Below are positions 1-8,908 of a stretch of 64,000 nt of DNA, in pieces. Made by a program: the position numbers and the translations under genes. The notes under the pieces were generated by a model. That model was not told the origin of the DNA. It made no database searches and was given only the letters and a program-made list of their open reading frames with translations. The stretch's first letter is position 1, and each line of letters begins with the position of its first letter. The stretch covers positions 768,001 through 832,000 of the forward strand of contig OY970194.1 in assembly GCA_963708075.1 (NCBI GenBank), given 5' to 3'. Source of the DNA: Sedimentisphaerales bacterium. GTDB taxonomy: Bacteria; Planctomycetota; Phycisphaerae; Sedimentisphaerales; Anaerobacaceae.

Positions 1-870
1 ATCGTCGGGGGCGTGCTGGCGACGGGGATGTTCGCCAAGTCCGGCATATGCCTGCTGGCCGATATCGGCACCAACGGCGAGATCGTTCTGGGCAACCGAG
101 AGTGGCTTGTATGTGCATCGAGCTCCGCCGGTCCGGCCTTCGAGGGCAGCGGCGTTCGGCACGGCATGAGGGCGGGGGCGGGAGCTATCGAGAAACTCAC
201 GTACCGCGGACCCGGTCGCATTGACTATCAGACGATTGGAGAGGGGCCGCCGGCGGGCATCTGCGGCTCGGGCCTGCTGGACCTTCTGGCGGAGTTGCAT
301 GGCCACGGCGTGATCGACCGGATGGGACGGTTCGTGGAGAACCACGACCCGAGCCTGACGCACGGCGATGACGGACGGCAGTATCGACTGGTGCCCTCGG
401 AGAACGGCCGACAGGAGATCGTGATCACCCAGGCGGATATCGACAACCTTCTGCGCTCCAAGGCAGGCGTCTTCGCGGCCATACGGGTGCTCATGGAGGC
501 CACGCAGACGAGACTGGGGGACTTGGATACGGTTTTCCTGGCGGGCGGCTTTGGCAATTTTCTCAACGTCCAGCATGCGGTGGCCATCGGAATGCTGCCG
601 GACGTGCCCATAGAGAGGATTCGATTCGTGGGCAATACCTCTATTGCCGGGGCTAAGATGGCGTTGCTGAGCCGCGAGGCTTTCCAGCGGGCGGAGGACA
701 TCGCCGCAAGCATGACCTATTTCGATCTGATGAGCCATACCGGCTACATGGAAGAGTTCATCCGGGCCAAGTTCCTGCCTCACACGGACCTGTCGCTATT
801 CCCGACCGTCCACGGCAAAGAGCGTGAGCCCGAAACTGGAGAAACGGGCCCTATAGGTCCTACGAGTTAA
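1..870 (+). CDS. acsV: Corrinoid reductive activator (RACo/ASKHA domain), 5' end outside window
   Basis: Open from base 1 (IVGGVLATGM...). Motifs DIGTNGE, SAGPAFEG, GICGSG, LAGGFG and GNTS. Next to acsF/D/E. Confidence 0.9.
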   Translation: MVGGVLATGMFAKSGICLLADIGTNGEIVLGNREWLVCASSSAGPAFEGSGVRHGMRAGAGAIEKLTYRGPGRIDYQTIGEGPPAGICGSGLLDLLAELHGHGVIDRMGRFVENHDPSLTHGDDGRQYRLVPSENGRQEIVITQADIDNLLRSKAGVFAAIRVLMEATQTRLGDLDTVFLAGGFGNFLNVQHAVAIGMLPDVPIERIRFVGNTSIAGAKMALLSREAFQRAEDIAASMTYFDLMSHTGYMEEFIRAKFLPHTDLSLFPTVHGKEREPETGETGPIGPTS

Positions 871-890
871 GACCTCAAGCACAGGATTAT

Positions 891-1661
891 GTGATTATGG
901 CTATAACGATTGCAGTCAGTGGAAAAGGGGGCTCGGGCAAAACGACGATTGCCTCCATGCTGGTCAGGGTGCTCCTGGAACGCAATGAGCGAGCATCGAT
1001 CCTCTGTGTCGACGCGGACCCCAACTCCTGCCTGGGAATGGCGCTCGGCGTGCAGCCGGGCGTGGCGGTGGCGGACATTCGCGAGCAGGCTCGCACCAAG
1101 CCGGCAAACTCGGGGGGCATGGACCGCGTGCGAACGTTCGAATACGGCCTGCAGCAGGCCATTGTTGAAGCCGGCAAGTTCGACCTGGTGACAATGGGCC
1201 GGCCGGAAGGGCCCTCATGCTACTGTGCCATCAACAGTCTGCTGCGGCGCATTCTCGATGAGCTGAGCTCAAAATACCAGTACGTGGTGATCGACAACGA
1301 AGCCGGCATGGAGCATTTGTCCCGGCGGACAACGAACCACGTGGACCTGCTGTGCATCGTGGCCGAACCGACGCCCGTCGGCTCGCTAACCGCGCGGCGG
1401 ATCTTTGATCTTACCAAGCAACTGCCGATCGTTGTCAGGCGGACCGGCGTCCTGTGGAACAAGGACGGAGGCGAGCATTCCTCGCAGGAGGGGCTGGCGG
1501 ACGTGGAGGTGCTGGCCTGCGTGCCCGAAGACGCCCTCGTGCTGGAAGCATCTAAACGCGGCGAGAACGTGTTCACCATCCCGGGCGAGAGCCCTGCCTT
1601 TCAAGCCGTGCGGACGATGGTGGAGTCCCTTTTCGCCACGCCCTTTGTCAAACAGAGATGA
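891..1661 (+). CDS. acsF: CooC/AcsF nickel-insertion ATPase
   Basis: GKGGSGKT Walker A, DADPN, CYC metal motif, DNEAGMEHLSRRTT. Confidence 0.9.
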   Translation: MIMAITIAVSGKGGSGKTTIASMLVRVLLERNERASILCVDADPNSCLGMALGVQPGVAVADIREQARTKPANSGGMDRVRTFEYGLQQAIVEAGKFDLVTMGRPEGPSCYCAINSLLRRILDELSSKYQYVVIDNEAGMEHLSRRTTNHVDLLCIVAEPTPVGSLTARRIFDLTKQLPIVVRRTGVLWNKDGGEHSSQEGLADVEVLACVPEDALVLEASKRGENVFTIPGESPAFQAVRTMVESLFATPFVKQR

Positions 1662-1695
1662 AGCATGAAACCCAGGAAGTTTTGGAGGATTCATA

Positions 1696-2634
1696 ATGCC
1701 TGTTCCTGAGATTGTGGAAGGTTTTGCAGGTTGTGTGAATCGCATCACGCTCGGCGCGAGCCCGAGACGCACAGTGACCGTAGGCGGCGCTCGCAATGTT
1801 GTCTACGGAGGTTCTGCGTCGGATGGCGGGCAGCGACCGCTGATCGCGATGGATGTGCTCGATGTCCGGCCGGACGACTGGCCCGATGTCCTGCTTGAAC
1901 CCTTTGCGTCCGTGGCGGACAGCCCCGGCGACTGGGCGAAACAGTGCATGCAGGAGTTTGGAGCGGATCTGGTCTGCCTCAAGTTCGAGGGCATCCACCC
2001 CGACAAAGGGAACCAGGATGCAGCTCACGCCGTCAAAGTCACGCAGGCGGTGCTCAAAGCCGTGGACGTTCCCCTGGTACTGTGGGGCTGCGGCAACGAT
2101 GAGAAAGATAATGAGGTCATGCCCAAGGTCAGTGGGGCGGCGAAAGGCCAGAAATGCCTGATCGGCACGGCGACGGAGGACAACTACAAGTCGCTCACGG
2201 CTATCGCCATGGCCGACGACCATTGCCTCATCACGGAAGCACCGCTGGACATCAATATCGCCAAGCAGGTGAATATCCTTGTGTCCGACATGGGATTCCC
2301 GCTGGAGAGGATCGTGACATTCCAATCCACGGGCGCCCTGGGTTATGGCATCGAGTACGCCTATTCGATTCAGGAACGCCAGCGATTGGCGGCGCTCGGG
2401 GGCGACAAAATGATGGCCATGCCGGCCATTTGCGATGTCGGCTACGAGTCGTGGCGATGCAAAGAGGCCAAGCTGGCCGATGCCCCGGGCTGGGGCGACA
2501 CGAAGGACCGGGGGCCGATGTGGGAGGCCGCGACCGCGATCTGCCTGCTTCAGGCGGGAGTGGACATCATCCGCATGAGGCATCCCAAGGCGGTAGCGAC
2601 GGTCAGGAACTTCATTGACGGTATCTGGAACTAA
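1696..2634 (+). CDS. acsD: Corrinoid Fe-S protein small (delta) subunit
   Basis: PLDINIAKQVN, ALGYGIEYAYSIQER, WEAATA...MRHP. Confidence 0.92.
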   Translation: MPVPEIVEGFAGCVNRITLGASPRRTVTVGGARNVVYGGSASDGGQRPLIAMDVLDVRPDDWPDVLLEPFASVADSPGDWAKQCMQEFGADLVCLKFEGIHPDKGNQDAAHAVKVTQAVLKAVDVPLVLWGCGNDEKDNEVMPKVSGAAKGQKCLIGTATEDNYKSLTAIAMADDHCLITEAPLDINIAKQVNILVSDMGFPLERIVTFQSTGALGYGIEYAYSIQERQRLAALGGDKMMAMPAICDVGYESWRCKEAKLADAPGWGDTKDRGPMWEAATAICLLQAGVDIIRMRHPKAVATVRNFIDGIWN

Positions 2635-2726
2635 GAAGTGAGAAGTGTGAAGTTTGATTGTTGATTTGAAGAGGCGGGACCGTGCGATCCTCAAATCACA
2701 AATCGAAAATCGTCAATCAAAAATCA
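2633..2726. repeat. Intergenic heptamer-repeat imperfect hairpin
   Basis: Left arm AAGAAGT GAGAAGT GTGAAGT TTGATTG TTGATTT. Right arm CAAATCA CAAATCG AAAATCG TCAATCA AAAATCA. Confidence 0.7.
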
Positions 2727-2742
2727 CTCAAGGGGCTTTATC

Positions 2743-3561
2743 ATGATTTTAATCGGTGAGCGTATCAATGGCATGTTCAACGATGTGAAGCGGGCGATTG
2801 CCGAGAAGGACAAGAAGGTCATCCAGGACCTCGCAATTCGCCAGACGGCAGCGGGAGCTGCTTATCTCGATGTCAACGTCGGCACTGCGGCAGCAGATCA
2901 GGAAGGGACCATCCAGTGGCTCATCGAGAGCATTCAGGAGGTCTGCTCGACTCCACTGAGCCTGGATTCCCAGAAGCCGGCCGTCATCGCGGCGGGGCTT
3001 AAGGTCATCAACACGACGAACGGCGTCATTCTCAATTCCACCCCCTTGAACAAGAAAAGCGACGCAGAGGTCTTTGACAAGTACGTGGCGATGGCCCAAT
3101 CCGCCGGGCTGAAAGCGAATATCATCGCCTTGACGATGGACAAGAACGGAGTGCCGCAGAATATCGATACGCGAGTCGAAATCGCGGCGCAGATCATCTC
3201 GCGGGCCGCGGAACTTGGCTTTGATACGCATCGATTGTTCATCGACACTATCGTTCTGCCGGTGAAAGTGCCCAATGCGCAGGTGCAGCCGAGCAATATG
3301 CTGGCGGCGATAGATCAGATCAAATTCCTGTCGGACCCTGCCCCTCATATGACGATAGGCCTGTCGAACTTGTCGCAAGGCGCCGCGGAAAGACCTCTGA
3401 TTAACCGGGTATTCCTGATCATGGCGATCTCGCACGGGCTGGATTCGGCCATCGTGGACGTGTGCGACCAGGAACTGATGAACGGGGTCGCGACGGCCGA
3501 GATGCTCATGAACAAGCAGATTTATTCGGATAGTTTCCTGAAAGTCTACGCGGCATCCTGA
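2743..3561 (+). CDS. acsE: Methyl-THF:corrinoid Fe-S protein methyltransferase
   Basis: MILIGERING, YLDVNVG, LSLDS, GLSNLSQ, GLDSAIVD (pterin-binding fold). Confidence 0.93.
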   Translation: MILIGERINGMFNDVKRAIAEKDKKVIQDLAIRQTAAGAAYLDVNVGTAAADQEGTIQWLIESIQEVCSTPLSLDSQKPAVIAAGLKVINTTNGVILNSTPLNKKSDAEVFDKYVAMAQSAGLKANIIALTMDKNGVPQNIDTRVEIAAQIISRAAELGFDTHRLFIDTIVLPVKVPNAQVQPSNMLAAIDQIKFLSDPAPHMTIGLSNLSQGAAERPLINRVFLIMAISHGLDSAIVDVCDQELMNGVATAEMLMNKQIYSDSFLKVYAAS

Positions 3562-3577
3562 GTAGCCCCATAGGAAA

Positions 3578-3586
3578 TGGTATAAT
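3578..3586 (+). promoter_or_regulatory. Extended -10 sigma70-type promoter for the response regulator
   Basis: TGGTATAAT about 90 bp upstream of ATG 3673. Confidence 0.5.
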
Positions 3587-3672
3587 AGGGCAGAATAAGA
3601 ATCGCGTAGTCCGTATTTTGCGGTGGGGAGTGGGCGCATGCAATTGTCTGATGCATAGGGTACCGACTCACC

Positions 3673-4290
3673 ATGAAGGATAGTCCAGTAGCACGCATCT
3701 TTGTTGTGGATGACGATGAGTGCATCCGGGCGGCGGTCTGCGCCATATTGAAGCGAGCGAAATACGACTGTGTCTGTTTCCCCGATGTCGCGAGTTGCCT
3801 TGACGAGCTCAAGGCCCAGAACCGCGATCTTGCCGAAGGTTGCGATGTGCTGATCACAGATGTGAAGATGCCGGGGAAAAACGGGATGGATCTCCTGCAG
3901 GAGGTCCGGACAATCTTCCCCTGGATCCCGGTGATCATGATGACCGGTTACGGCAGTATCCCAATGTCCGTGCAGGCGGTCAAGACCGGGGCCTTCGACT
4001 TCATCGAGAAGCCGGTGGATGAGGCCAGGCTTTTGAGCCTCGTGGAATCGGCCCTTCTGAAGGAAGCCGAGTTGCACGACCCGCTCGTCGGCAAGCCGCT
4101 CACAAGGACCGAGCGGATCGTCCTGTGCCTGATCCTCGAAGGCATCAGCAACAAGCGAATCGCGTACATCCTGGAGCGTTCCGAGCGAACGATCGAGGTC
4201 CATCGCAGCCGCATCATGCGCAAACTCGGCGTCGATAACCTCGTGGACCTGGTCAAAAAGTCCACGGCGATGGGTTGGACGGAGTGCTGA
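3673..4290 (+). CDS. FixJ/LuxR-family response regulator
   Basis: Receiver domain (VVDDD, TDVKMPG, GAFDFIEKP) plus LuxR HTH (SNKRIA...SERTIEVHRSRIMRKLG). Confidence 0.92.
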   Translation: MKDSPVARIFVVDDDECIRAAVCAILKRAKYDCVCFPDVASCLDELKAQNRDLAEGCDVLITDVKMPGKNGMDLLQEVRTIFPWIPVIMMTGYGSIPMSVQAVKTGAFDFIEKPVDEARLLSLVESALLKEAELHDPLVGKPLTRTERIVLCLILEGISNKRIAYILERSERTIEVHRSRIMRKLGVDNLVDLVKKSTAMGWTEC

Positions 4291-4333
4291 GACCCGTCTT
4301 TCCTGAATACCCGTCTCGATGGCGCGAAAGGAT

Positions 4334-4651
4334 GTACGTAGTTTCCACAATGACTCTCTCGCGTGAAGGCCCGCCGGAATAGCGAAACCGCAGCCCGACC
4401 ATGCCCAGTCACACCACACGTTTAGCGGGACACCGGGTGTCCTGTCCATGTCGTATGCGTGGATGTTTCCACGACTTACAGCCCTGCCTGTACTGTTTCT
4501 GCGGCGATTTCGCTCATCTCAAGGCGAATCTCGCCGGGTGGTGATAGCCACGTGGCTGTGCCACCGGCGAAAGGGCCGAGAGGCAAGGCGAACTGTATCA
4601 GGGGACGGTACAGCCGGCGAAAAAACGGCTTTCGTACGTGGTTTCCACAAT
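4334..4651 (+). promoter_or_regulatory. Two 18-bp direct repeats, candidate regulator sites upstream of fhs
   Basis: GTACGTAGTTTCCACAAT (4334-4351) and GTACGTGGTTTCCACAAT (4634-4651), exactly 300 bp apart. Confidence 0.55.
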
Positions 4652-4776
4652 AGTTTCAAGGGCTGCTTTTTCATAAGCTCCGATATGGAGGAGCATTGGA
4701 CAACCTCCGGGGTCCGAACGGGTATTGCGTCCTTTGATGAGAAGGCGTGCATCATAGTGATTGAGGTGACAGGTTT

Positions 4777-6736
4777 ATGAAACACGGTCCGGCAACGTCG
4801 CAAAAGGCAGAGAAGATCAAACAGATACGACTGTCGTGTAAGGGCGGTGTATCCGCCGCGAATTCCCGCGGGGACAACTCTTCGAAGAAACACAGCGGTT
4901 CAAATGGAGGAAATGGCAAGGCAAACTCTGTCCACACCCGCAAGATGACGCGCCTGGACGTCGAGCGCCCGGTTCTGGATCCGGTCACAATGAAAGACTG
5001 GCAGATTGCCGAGGCCGCGGAAGAGTTCATGAAACCCCTCGGACAACTGGCGCAGGAATTAGGCTTGAAGGAGGACGAGCTGATCCCGATGGGTCCACAA
5101 CTGGCCAAAGTGGACTACGGCAAGGCAATCAGCCGCGTCCGTGGGAACCCAACTGCGAAATATATCGACGTTACGGCGATCACACCGACGCCTTTGGGTG
5201 AGGGTAAGACCACGACCGTCATTGGGCTTGTGGAAGGACTTGGGAAATTAGGCATGCGCGTGACGGGCGCCATCCGGCAGCCGAGCGGGGGACCCACGTT
5301 CAACATCAAGGGGTCCGCCGCGGGCGGTGGTCTTGCCCAGTGCATACCGCTCGTGCCGTTTTCCATTCGATTCACCGGCGACATCGATTGCATCACCAAC
5401 GCGCACAACCTTGCCATGGTTGCCCTGACGGCGCGTATGCAGCACGAGAGAAACTACGATGATGCCCAGCTTGCCGAGCGAGGCCTGCGGAGGCTGGATA
5501 TTGACCCTGATCGGATTCAGATACGATGGGTCATGGATTTCTGCGCCCAGTCCTTACGCAATATCACGATCGGCAAAGGCAGCAAGATGGACGGCTTCGA
5601 GATGGAATCGGGGTTTGACATCTCCGTCTCCAGCGAGTTGATGGCCATTCTGGCGGTCGCCAGGGACCTGAAGGACCTGCGCGAGCGGATCGGCAGGATG
5701 GTCGTCGCCTATGACCGCAAGGGCAACGAGGTCACGACCTCGGACCTCGATGTGGCCGGGGCAATGACCGCGTGGATGGTCGGAGCGCTCAATCCGAGCC
5801 TGGTCCAGACCATCGAGGGCCAACCGGTCTTCGTCCATGCCGGCCCGTTTGCCAATATCGCCATCGGGCAAAGTTCTATTGTTGCGGACCTGCTCGCCAC
5901 GAAGCTGTCCGATTACCACGTGACGGAGAGTGGGTTCGGTGCGGATATCGGCTTCGAGAAGTTCTGGAACCTGAAATGCCGCTTTTCAGGTTCTCAGACC
6001 TGATGCAGTCGTTGTCGTGGCCACTATTCGGGCGCTGAAAATGCATGGCGGCGGCCCGGCGGTCAAACCGGGCGTGCCGCTGAGCGTGGAATACACGCGT
6101 GAGAACCTTGAACTGCTGGAAAAAGGCTGCGAGAACCTGGTCGCACACATCAACACCGTCCGCAAGAGCGGCGTGCGTCCGGTCGTCTGTATCAACAGTT
6201 TCCACACGGACACCAGGGCGGAGATCGAGTTGGTCCAGCGGATCGCGGAGCGCAACGGCGCGTTCGCCGCTGTGTCCGACCACTGGCGCCGAGGCGGCGA
6301 AGGAGCGGTGGAGCTTGCCCGGGCCGTCATGGCGGCCTGCAACGAGAAGAACAGCTTCCGATTCCTGTATCAAGAAGATACGCCACTTCGCAAGAGGATC
6401 GAGTTGATTGCAAAGGAAGTGTACGGAGCCGACGCTGTGACGTACAGCCCGGAGGCTGCCCGGAAAGCCGAGATGCTGGAGTCAAGCAATGGCCAGTTGT
6501 CCGGTTTCGGTGTCTGCATGGTCAAGACGCACTTGAGCCTGTCGCACGATCCGAATGTGAAGGGCCGGCCGACGCACTGGGTATTGCCGATTCGGGATTT
6601 CCGCCTCTACAAGGGGGCGGGCCTGGTCGTTCCGATTGCCGGGGATATCAAATTGATGCCCGGTACGGCTTCCGATCCTGCGTTCCGACACATTGATGTC
6701 GACGTCGAAACGGGCAAAGTCAGAGGGTTGTTCTGA
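4777..6736 (+). CDS. fhs: Formate--tetrahydrofolate ligase, split by a 1-bp frameshift near 5991; start may be 4945
   Basis: [36 protein letters not shown]. Removing one T in GGTT restores [26 protein letters not shown] and joins ORF 6017..6736. Confidence 0.92.
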
Positions 6737-6814
6737 GCTGCGAGTGCTCGGTTGTGGTGGACGGGAGTCTACCCTCCGGGAAGCCGCAAAACCCATAATG
6801 CAAAGCTGCACGAG

Positions 6815-8908
6815 ATGTTGGACTTTCTGTTTCACCCCAAATCGGTGGCTGTGATCGGAGCATCACGGGCGCCGGGCAAAGTAGGTCATGAGGTCCTGTC
6901 CAACCTCACGGGCGGCGGCTTTGAAGGCCAGATCGTCCCGGTGAATCCTTCCGCTGATGAGGTGCTGGGCCTCAAGTGCTACCACACCATCGCCGAGTAT
7001 GGCCGCGCGGTCGATCTCACCGTCATTGCCTTACCCGCACCCGCGGTGGCGGATGCGGTCAAAAGCTCTATCGAGGCGGGGACGAAAGCGATCGTCGTCC
7101 TCACGGCGGGCTTTGGGGAAACGGGATCGCGTGGGACCCTGCTGCAATCCGAGATCGCACAATGCTGCGCCAGGGCAAAGGTTCGGCTGCTCGGCCCCAA
7201 TTGTCTGGGCCTGATCAACACAACTCATCGCCTGAACGCCTCATTTTCACAATGCATGCCCAAACCGGGCGGAATCTCCGTCATTTCCCAATCCGGTGCG
7301 TTATGCACAGCCATCCTGGATTGGGCCTGTGCCCGCGGCATAGGATTGTGCAAAGTCGTCAGCATCGGCAACAAAGCCGATCTCGATGAGAAGGATTTTT
7401 TGCGGGTCTTTGCGGCGGACGAACAGACAAAGGTGGTTGTCGGTTATCTGGAGAGCATCACCTGCGGGGACGAGTTCATTCACATCGCTCGCGCTGTCAC
7501 GTCGTCCAAGCCCTTTGTCCTTCTGAGAGCAGGCGTCACGAACGCCGGCATGTGGACGGCCTGCGCCCACACTGGCAATCTCGCAGGGGCAGACAGTGCC
7601 TATGCGGCGGCCTTCAAGCGGGCCGGCATCGTCAGGGCCGAGAACCTTGATTCTCTGTTTGATTATATGCTGGCCTTCTCCACGCAGCCCCTTCCTCGCG
7701 GTGACCACGTGGCGATCATCACCAATGCCGGGGGCCCGGCGGTCATGGCGGTGGACGCGGTCGAGCGGTCCTCGCTGAAACTGGCAAGGCTGGACGGCCC
7801 GGCGATGGAGAAACTCAAAGGTGAGCTGCCGCCGACGGCCAACACCTGCAACCCGGTCGTCGATGTGCTGGGGGACGCCGATCCGAAACGGTATGCCGCC
7901 GCAGTCAGTGCCTCGCAGCAGGCTGAAAGCGTCGATGCCACGATTGTCATTCTGACGCCGCACGCCATGACGCAGCCGTCGGAAACCGTCCGTGCTGTTG
8001 CTGCACAGACGAAGGGTGACAAGCCGCTGCTGCTCGTCTTCCTCGGGGAGTCGAACGGCCAGTGGCGTGATCAGGCTTTGCCGGTCTATTCCACACCGGA
8101 GCGTGCCGTGGCGGCGCTAAACGCGATGCGCGAGTATCACCTCTGGCGCAATCGGCCGGAACTTGTAGTGACGCGATTTCCTGTGAATCGACGCCGGGTC
8201 GAACGCATAATTACACGGCATGTCCGGGCCAACTGTGTGCGAATCAATGAGGTGGAAACCAAGGAGATTCTGCGGGGCTATGATCTGAATGTGCCGGACG
8301 GCGCCATGGCCAGTTCGCCCCAGGAAGCTGTGGAGATCGCCGAGCGCATCGGCTTTCCCGTCGCGATGAAAGTCGTCTCAACGGCCATCCTCCATAAATC
8401 CGACGTCGGCGGTGTCAAGCTGAATATTGTCAGTGCGGAAGATGTTCGTGACACGTTTGATCTGCTGACGTTGCGGGTGGCCCGCCGCATGCCCGATGCA
8501 TGTTTGGAGGGGGTGTACGTGGAGAAGATGTGCAGCGCAGGGCTGCAGGTCGTCCTGGGGATGACGTGCGACCCGAGGTTTGGCCCACTGCTGGTCTTCG
8601 GGCTGGGCGGCACATTCGTGGACCGCCTGAAGGACGTCTGTCGCCACCTGGCTCCTATCACGGCCGAGGAGGCGATGCAGATGCTTTCGGAGACAAGATC
8701 GTACGGGCTTTTGACGGGCATTCTCGGCGCGGGTGAGGTCGATGTCTCCGCCATCGTCAGCGGCCTGCAGCGGATCAGCCAGTTGGCGACCGATTTCCCG
8801 CAGGTCAAGGAGTTGAGCGTTGACCCGTACCTCGTCGGCCCCGTGGGAACAGAGGCCATGGTGGTCGATGCGAGGATGACTCTGTTCAGCGCCGGCATTG
8901 AGAGATGA
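6815..8908 (+). CDS. Acyl/acetate--CoA ligase (ADP-forming), fused alpha and beta subunits
   Basis: VAVIGAS, GPNCLG, SQSGAL, GNKAD, AHTG (phospho-His), ATP-grasp HKSDVGGV. Confidence 0.85.
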   Translation: MLDFLFHPKSVAVIGASRAPGKVGHEVLSNLTGGGFEGQIVPVNPSADEVLGLKCYHTIAEYGRAVDLTVIALPAPAVADAVKSSIEAGTKAIVVLTAGFGETGSRGTLLQSEIAQCCARAKVRLLGPNCLGLINTTHRLNASFSQCMPKPGGISVISQSGALCTAILDWACARGIGLCKVVSIGNKADLDEKDFLRVFAADEQTKVVVGYLESITCGDEFIHIARAVTSSKPFVLLRAGVTNAGMWTACAHTGNLAGADSAYAAAFKRAGIVRAENLDSLFDYMLAFSTQPLPRGDHVAIITNAGGPAVMAVDAVERSSLKLARLDGPAMEKLKGELPPTANTCNPVVDVLGDADPKRYAAAVSASQQAESVDATIVILTPHAMTQPSETVRAVAAQTKGDKPLLLVFLGESNGQWRDQALPVYSTPERAVAALNAMREYHLWRNRPELVVTRFPVNRRRVERIITRHVRANCVRINEVETKEILRGYDLNVPDGAMASSPQEAVEIAERIGFPVAMKVVSTAILHKSDVGGVKLNIVSAEDVRDTFDLLTLRVARRMPDACLEGVYVEKMCSAGLQVVLGMTCDPRFGPLLVFGLGGTFVDRLKDVCRHLAPITAEEAMQMLSETRSYGLLTGILGAGEVDVSAIVSGLQRISQLATDFPQVKELSVDPYLVGPVGTEAMVVDARMTLFSAGIER

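Noticed and set aside
2749..4449. Long antisense ORFs (also 11645..12934, 37718..39163, 47974..49500, 62777..63988)
   Set aside because: They shadow well-supported genes, as expected at high GC.
4530..4630. Riboswitch (THF, ZTP or c-di-GMP) upstream of fhs
   Set aside because: Hairpins are present, but I could not match conserved cores by eye. An Rfam scan is needed.
5980..6003. Programmed frameshift or selenocysteine readthrough of TGA in fhs
   Set aside because: The continuation is in another frame, there is no slippery heptamer, and similar indels are scattered across the window.
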